A DNA stretch of 64,000 nt from Paraspadella gotoi (lineage: Eukaryota > Animalia > Chaetognatha), in the NCBI GenBank assembly GCA_051294375.1, contig CM119263.1, forward strand, positions 10,624,703-10,688,702. Reading direction: 5' to 3'. This document shows positions 58,514-64,000 of this stretch, piece after piece. Under the pieces are notes generated by a model, which searched no databases, was not told the DNA's origin, and saw nothing but the letters and a program-made list of their open reading frames with translations. The stretch's first letter is position 1. Each line of letters starts with the position of its first letter. The translations under genes were made by a program, and so were the position numbers.

Positions 58514-61121
58514 GTGTGTGTGTGTTTCGATTTTTTCCTTTTGCCCCCAGGTTAATTCGGGCTCTGAGGCAAATGACCTCGCCCTTCGCCTCGCCGGATG
58601 CTATACCCAGGCTAGTGACGTGATTTGTCAGGAAGGTTCTTATCACGGAAACACCTATGCAACTGTGGCTGTCTCTGCAAAAACCTTCAAGAAAAAATTG
58701 GGTAAATTTCGAAAGATCCTAAAACGTTTTTTGTACGAAAAAAAAGGGGAAAAGAGAGAAATAATTATTTAAAACTGATCTCTAAAATTACATTTCTATA
58801 TATCTATATACCTATCATACCTAGGCAGAGCAAAGCACGTCCACGTCCTACCCTTTCCCGACACTTACCGCAATCCCGAGGTTCGCGACGCCGAAGAGAT
58901 GACCGCCCGGGCAACAGCCTTTGTCGATTTGCTCGCCCAGGATCCCGACTCTCGAATTTCTGCCTTCATTTCCGAGAGCACTATGACTCACGCCGGAATG
59001 ACTGACCCTCCGACGGGCTACTTAAAAGCCGTCTACGATTCAGTTCGTCGTGCAGGTGGAGTCTGCATCGCCGACGAAGTTCAGGTGCTTTTTTAATAGG
59101 TTCCACAATCGTTATCGATGAACTAATCGGGCTCCATAATTGTGTTTTTGATCTTTCCGTAGACTGGGCTAGGCCGCGTTGGTGAGACGCTCTGGGCTTT
59201 CCAACAGCACGACGTTGTTCCGGACATCGTGACAATAGGCAAGCCACTCGGCAACGGTCAGCCAGTAGCGGCCGTCATCACGACTCCCGCAATTTCCGAG
59301 GTCTGCCCTGAGTTCTCATCAACGTTTGGCGGGAATCCCGTCAGTTGCGCCGTCGGTCTTATGTTGTTTAAAGTCATCAAAGACGAGAAGCTTTTAGCGT
59401 CCTCGACTCGGGTAAGCTTACCTGTCACATGATGATTTTTTCCTGAAAGTTCTGTTTAAGTACTTTGGATGGATAGATGTATATCCGAAAACTTAATTTT
59501 GTTTTGATTTATAAAATAACCTGACCGCCCCCTCCCAAAATGAACCTGTGGCTGCGCCAATACATGTATATCGCTTTCAAGGGCTTAAACCGAACTGTTA
59601 CTGAAGTGTTACTGCGGCACGAATAACATTTTGGTACTTGCAAAAATATTTTATAAATCAAAACAATATTATATTTGTTTGGATATATGATTAAAATGCT
59701 TTGATCACGACATAGAATAAGAAAGAGAATTAAATGAAATAGAATTTTAAAAAATATCTAAAACATTTTTATAAGATTTAATATAATTAAAATTGAAAAC
59801 TTTTATAATACTTAATAATAATACTTAAACTAAATTCTATTATTATTTTGTTTTGAAAATTGCTCTTTTATTTGAATAGCCATCTGGTTTATTAAGACTA
59901 ATATATATATATATATTGGTTGTACCAATTTCATAAAATTCAGCTCCTTGTATTTTGATGCTAGTGCGGAGTACAATAAGTATTCCCCGATCTAATACTT
60001 AAGGGAGTGGTCTTTTCTTACAATTGAAACATTCTTTGAAATATTTTCCACTTCATTGATAGGGAAGCCAGGTACTCTGGGAGTGAATAAACGGGACTGT
60101 GAGAGAGTCTTGATTGAAAGCTTGCAGGGACCTGCTATGTAATTATCTTGTAAGAGTGATGGAGGCCTTAAACCACCAAAGCCTGTCCAAAGTCAGGGGC
60201 AAGATAGCTTATTTATTAAATGAATGGATAATTTTTATATTGGTTGTACCAATTTCATAAAATTCAGCTCCTTGTATTTTGATGCTAGTGCGGAGTACAA
60301 TAAGTATTCCCCGATCTAATACTTAAGGGAGTGGTCTTTTCTTACAATTGAAACATTCTTTGAAATATTTTCCACTTCATTGATAGGGAAGCCAGGTACT
60401 CTGGGAGTGAATAAACGGGACTGTGAGAGAGTCTTGATTGAAAGCTTGCAGGGACCTGCTATGTAATTATCTTGTAAGAGTGATGGAGGCCTTAAACCAC
60501 CAAAGCCTGTCCAAAGTCAGGGGCAAGATAGCTTATTTATTAAATGAATGGATAATTTTTATATTGGTTGTACCAATTTCATATATAAATTAGCTATATT
60601 GTGTAAAGCAATGCAAGTGAAGATCTTGTGGGTCCAAACAGAAACTCATAAAACTTTTTTCTACCCCCAAGGTGGGAAACAGACTTAAGGATTTACTCCT
60701 CGAATTGAAGCGTCGACGGCGAAACCTAGGCGACGTGAGGGGGCGTGGCCTCGCCATTGGCGTGGAAATAGTAGAGGATGAAATCTCCAAAAAACCCGCT
60801 AGTCGATTGGCCGAAGAAATCGTGTATCGAATGAAGGAAAGAAGAGTCCTCGTCGGTCTCAGCGGAATTCACAACAACGTCGTCACTGCCACGCCTCCTC
60901 TCTGCTTTACTCTCGATAACGCCAGGGACTTTGCCAAGGCGATGGACGACGCATTGGGTGCGTCGGAAGCCTTCGCGGATGGGCAAGGCGTCGCTGACGA
61001 CGACAACGATGATGCCGTTTCGTCCTCTTCTGAAGAAGAAGAGAAGGACGACAACGACAACGACGACGAGACGAGACCTCGTCAAAAACGACAAAAAGTT
61101 AACTATTCTGACATGGATTAG
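57742..61121 (+). CDS. Class III PLP enzyme, ETNPPL/PHYKPL (AGXT2L) family; exons 57742-57893, 57984-58239, 58551-58701, 58825-59084, 59163-59411, 60672-61121
   Basis: GHCHPQIV, VNSGSEANDLALRLA, SYHGNT, GGVCIADEVQTGLGRVG, DIVTIGKPLGNG (PLP lysine), STFGGNPVSCAVGL and GDVRGRGL. Confidence 0.93.
59912..60583 (+). mobile_element. Head-to-tail dimer (2 x 324 bp plus ~24 bp) of the 324-bp repeat family
   Basis: TTGGTTGTACC recurs at 59916, 60240 and 60564 (period 324). The two units appear identical. Lies in an ETNPPL-like intron next to (TA)n. Confidence 0.95.
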
Positions 61122-61540
61122 ACTAGACTATGAGACCGATGAACGATAATTTAATAGATGTACGTAAGTCAATCATTTCGATTGATTTAGGCTAACGATC
61201 CAAATGATTGAGGTGACTGCCGAAGTTACCTCGAAATAATTATTATTTTTCTTTTCAATCATGATTGTGTAATTTTTCGAGGTTTTTACCTCGTTAAATA
61301 TCACTCGTTAGTCTAATTGGGTTGCTTTCGTTGAAAATAACAAGGCTTTCATTAAATTTTTATTTATCGTCATTGATTTCGATAATCCTTAGTAAAGTTA
61401 AGTGTTTTTACGACATTGTGACCGATCTCATTTTTGTACTTTGCAATTCATGTTGATTTATATTATGAAACCCCGAAAATTTTGTTTTAATTTTTCTACA
61501 GTTTCGCGATTACCTTGTCAATAACAAACATTACGCGAAA

Positions 61541-63241
61541 ATGGAAGCGAATTCTTTCATGGAAGATCCTCTGTCCCTTCGAAAAATCCTTGAACAGAGC
61601 AAATGTTTGCCCCAGGGTTGGTCCGTTCAGTTTTCCTCCGATGTAACTCTGGCTTTCGTACACAGCACGGTCGATTTCAACGCCAAACAGTTCCAATCGG
61701 ATCGAGCAATATTCATTCGGCCCAACAATAAGTCTGTATACGACGTGGAGATGGTCTTTCCTTTGGACGACAAGCAGACCGTCAGCTTAAAGTGTCAGCG
61801 AAACCTACGCACAGCTGAACAGGCGAGAGATTTACTAGTCGAGATGACAAGTTACGAAGTCCCGCAGGTTCAGAAATCAAACGCGGACCAGAAATCGAGG
61901 GTCACTTCCCCCGAAAATAAGCGCGTCACCGAATCCGCGATCATTCAGTCGTCGAAGCTGATTCAATCACTCGCTGTTCCGGTAGCGGAGGCAGAATCGC
62001 GATCAATGGAAGGAAAATCGAGCGAAACCTCGCGCAGTAATAGCTTCCATTACGGTGACCTGGGAAGAGTCAATTTTAAAGCCGCCAACTTGATCGAGGC
62101 GAATCGAATTCCAAAGCATCAATCAGAAATGATGCAAGAAAGTAAAGTATTGAGATGCACCGTATGCTCGACTAGTTTTACGACTGAGAAGCTTCTGGAG
62201 GATCATCTCCAGTCGAGCCACACCAAGGACGATTTCCGGAGGCATCAGAATAACATGGCGGTCTTTCGGTACAGGATGAGAAAAGTAATGCAGGAAACGT
62301 CTTTGAAGGAAGAATTGGATAAAGAATCGAAGCGGAACGTAGAGTTGAAAGCAGAAGTCAGGATCTTGGAGGAGTCTATCGAGTATTTTAGAAAAGGATT
62401 GCTGCAGAGCAATGGGAAGGCTCCTACCCAGACGTTAAGCCCATATTACAGTCAGATTGCGACCCCATCTTCGAGTCGAAAAACAAGCCCACCTTCCAGT
62501 CATTCGTCGAGCCCTTCTTCCAGTGGGCCGGCGAGCCCACCTTCTAGTCAGCCAACTAGTCAACTCCAACTCTTCGAAACCACAAGAGAAAACAATCTTA
62601 AGAAAAATTCTGCGAATTTTCACCAATCTATTGGCGCTCAATTTTATTCTCAGATGTTTCCATTAAATTATGATATTCAGAATGAGCCGACTAATTTAAG
62701 CATGGGAAAAAAAAGCCAGAGTGGCACAAATTATCAGTGTCATAACGGGATGGAAGTTCAGAAGATAACACGTGATCTCTATCCTTTGTTAGATGATAAG
62801 AAAAAGGTCACAAAGTCACAAGGTCTCACAAATTCTTTGACAGAAGAACAGAAAAGATTGGACGGTGAGATAGTGTCGCAGGATTTTAGAAATCTTCGTG
62901 GGGAAGTACAGAAAAGGTGGCAAGATTTTTCAAATCACAGTTTGAAAGATGGAGAAGTGTCTCAAGATCTCACTCACGATCTCAGCGAAGCTGAACGGCG
63001 CGCCTCGTTGCTCGATCTACGCAAATCGATAATGAGTTTGCCATCGACGTTTCCACAAAGTCAACTTCTGTCTTCGGTTACAACTGCTCCAACTTCTGAT
63101 ACTCAAACTGTCGATCCTTCTTATCGCAAACGGTCGATACAAAAAGTAGAGTCTTTTAATGAACCTAATTATTTTTCGGGAGAGAAAACCCAGAAACATC
63201 TACCGTTCACAAAACGAGCAAGGTTTTTGTATAGTTTTTAG
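61541..63241 (+). CDS. Single-exon 566-aa protein with one C2H2 zinc finger fused to a C/EBP/PAR-like bZIP
   Basis: CTVCSTSFTTEKLLEDHLQSSH followed by FRRHQNNMAVFRYRMRK and heptads L..ESKRNVELKAEVRILEESIEYFRKGL. Confidence 0.75.
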   Translation: MEANSFMEDPLSLRKILEQSKCLPQGWSVQFSSDVTLAFVHSTVDFNAKQFQSDRAIFIRPNNKSVYDVEMVFPLDDKQTVSLKCQRNLRTAEQARDLLVEMTSYEVPQVQKSNADQKSRVTSPENKRVTESAIIQSSKLIQSLAVPVAEAESRSMEGKSSETSRSNSFHYGDLGRVNFKAANLIEANRIPKHQSEMMQESKVLRCTVCSTSFTTEKLLEDHLQSSHTKDDFRRHQNNMAVFRYRMRKVMQETSLKEELDKESKRNVELKAEVRILEESIEYFRKGLLQSNGKAPTQTLSPYYSQIATPSSSRKTSPPSSHSSSPSSSGPASPPSSQPTSQLQLFETTRENNLKKNSANFHQSIGAQFYSQMFPLNYDIQNEPTNLSMGKKSQSGTNYQCHNGMEVQKITRDLYPLLDDKKKVTKSQGLTNSLTEEQKRLDGEIVSQDFRNLRGEVQKRWQDFSNHSLKDGEVSQDLTHDLSEAERRASLLDLRKSIMSLPSTFPQSQLLSSVTTAPTSDTQTVDPSYRKRSIQKVESFNEPNYFSGEKTQKHLPFTKRARFLYSF

Positions 63242-64000
63242 TTCATTTTTGGTTATAGTTTTGTTCAGTCAAAAACTAGTCATTGTTCGTCAATTGGTTG
63301 TATTATGGTTTTAACTTTTAAGTGTAAATAATTGTTTTTTGAAGTCATAAACCAACCCCATGAAAGCCAGTTGTTGAAAAGACGTTCTCAGTTTTTTTTT
63401 GGGAAAAAATGGATTTGCAGTAATTTGAATTGACTATGAAATGAGTTTGTTGCTTTGAAAAAAACATATTTCATCAATCAAAGACATCAACTTAAAAAAT
63501 TTCACTCATAAGTTTCACAATTGGTCATTTCTTATTTCCTATTTTTCCTGTAAATTTTTTGGTTCATCTAAGATTTGGCCGAATTTAATTCGGGATTTAT
63601 TTTCATTAAATTGTCTTCAACAAGTTTTTTTTTAAAACTCCCCTTATTGCTTGTTGTGATATAATTCGGTTTAAAAAACCAGCCTTTTCCCAATTCGTGT
63701 GAAAATATCAGCCTACCTCCGATAACACTTAATGACAGCTAATTTTTTTTTGTGTCAGTGAATGGTTCGAGAATTGTATTAATTTTTTTTATAAATGTGT
63801 AAGTTATAAAATTTGTGCGAGTGAGTCCTTTTATTACTTTTGCGTTTGTATTTGTTGCCTTAAATCCATAAGTGTTCTTTGTATACGTCTTTGAAAGAAA
63901 ATATGCTACGTTCCGTAACCAAACCAGTATTCTATGCTAATTTGCTGTTTTTATTACTCGTTATTTGTTAAATGTTTGTTCAGATATCTTGTAAACTGTA

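Noticed and set aside
59916-60583. CRISPR-like repeat-spacer array
   Set aside because: The 'spacers' are identical 300-bp units, the context is eukaryotic and there are no cas genes.

Overview
Gene-dense, short-intron eukaryotic (invertebrate metazoan-like) genomic DNA with two N-gaps and many microsatellites. All gene models were spliced by eye. Supported genes: a divergent Q50 PRD-class homeobox gene with a GC-AG intron, a secreted PLAT-domain protein, a type-I membrane protein, a Cys/Gly-rich protein, TCTEX1D2-like dynein light chain, an intronless GT10 fucosyltransferase, BTBD16, an MMP without a hemopexin domain, an innexin, a CAP+ShKT protein, a trypsin-like protease, an ETNPPL/PHYKPL-type PLP enzyme and a C2H2+bZIP protein. 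BTBD16 hosts a nested antisense gene and an intron-containing tRNA-Gly(GCC), and the MMP hosts another nested gene. Top finding: a 1.26-kb TA-flanked terminal-inverted-repeat (TIR) transposon sits inside the last coding exon of the protease. It can apparently be removed as a spliceosomal intron, with the donor in the TIR and the acceptor formed from the target-site duplication (TSD) plus a host G. This restores, in frame, a hydrophobic GPI-like tail, so it is an introner candidate. Also notable are a 324-bp element with a fixed 3' end, variable 5' ends and longer-than-unit copies, suggesting retroposition of a circular or multimeric RNA, and two Penelope-type insertions carrying minimal hammerhead motifs.
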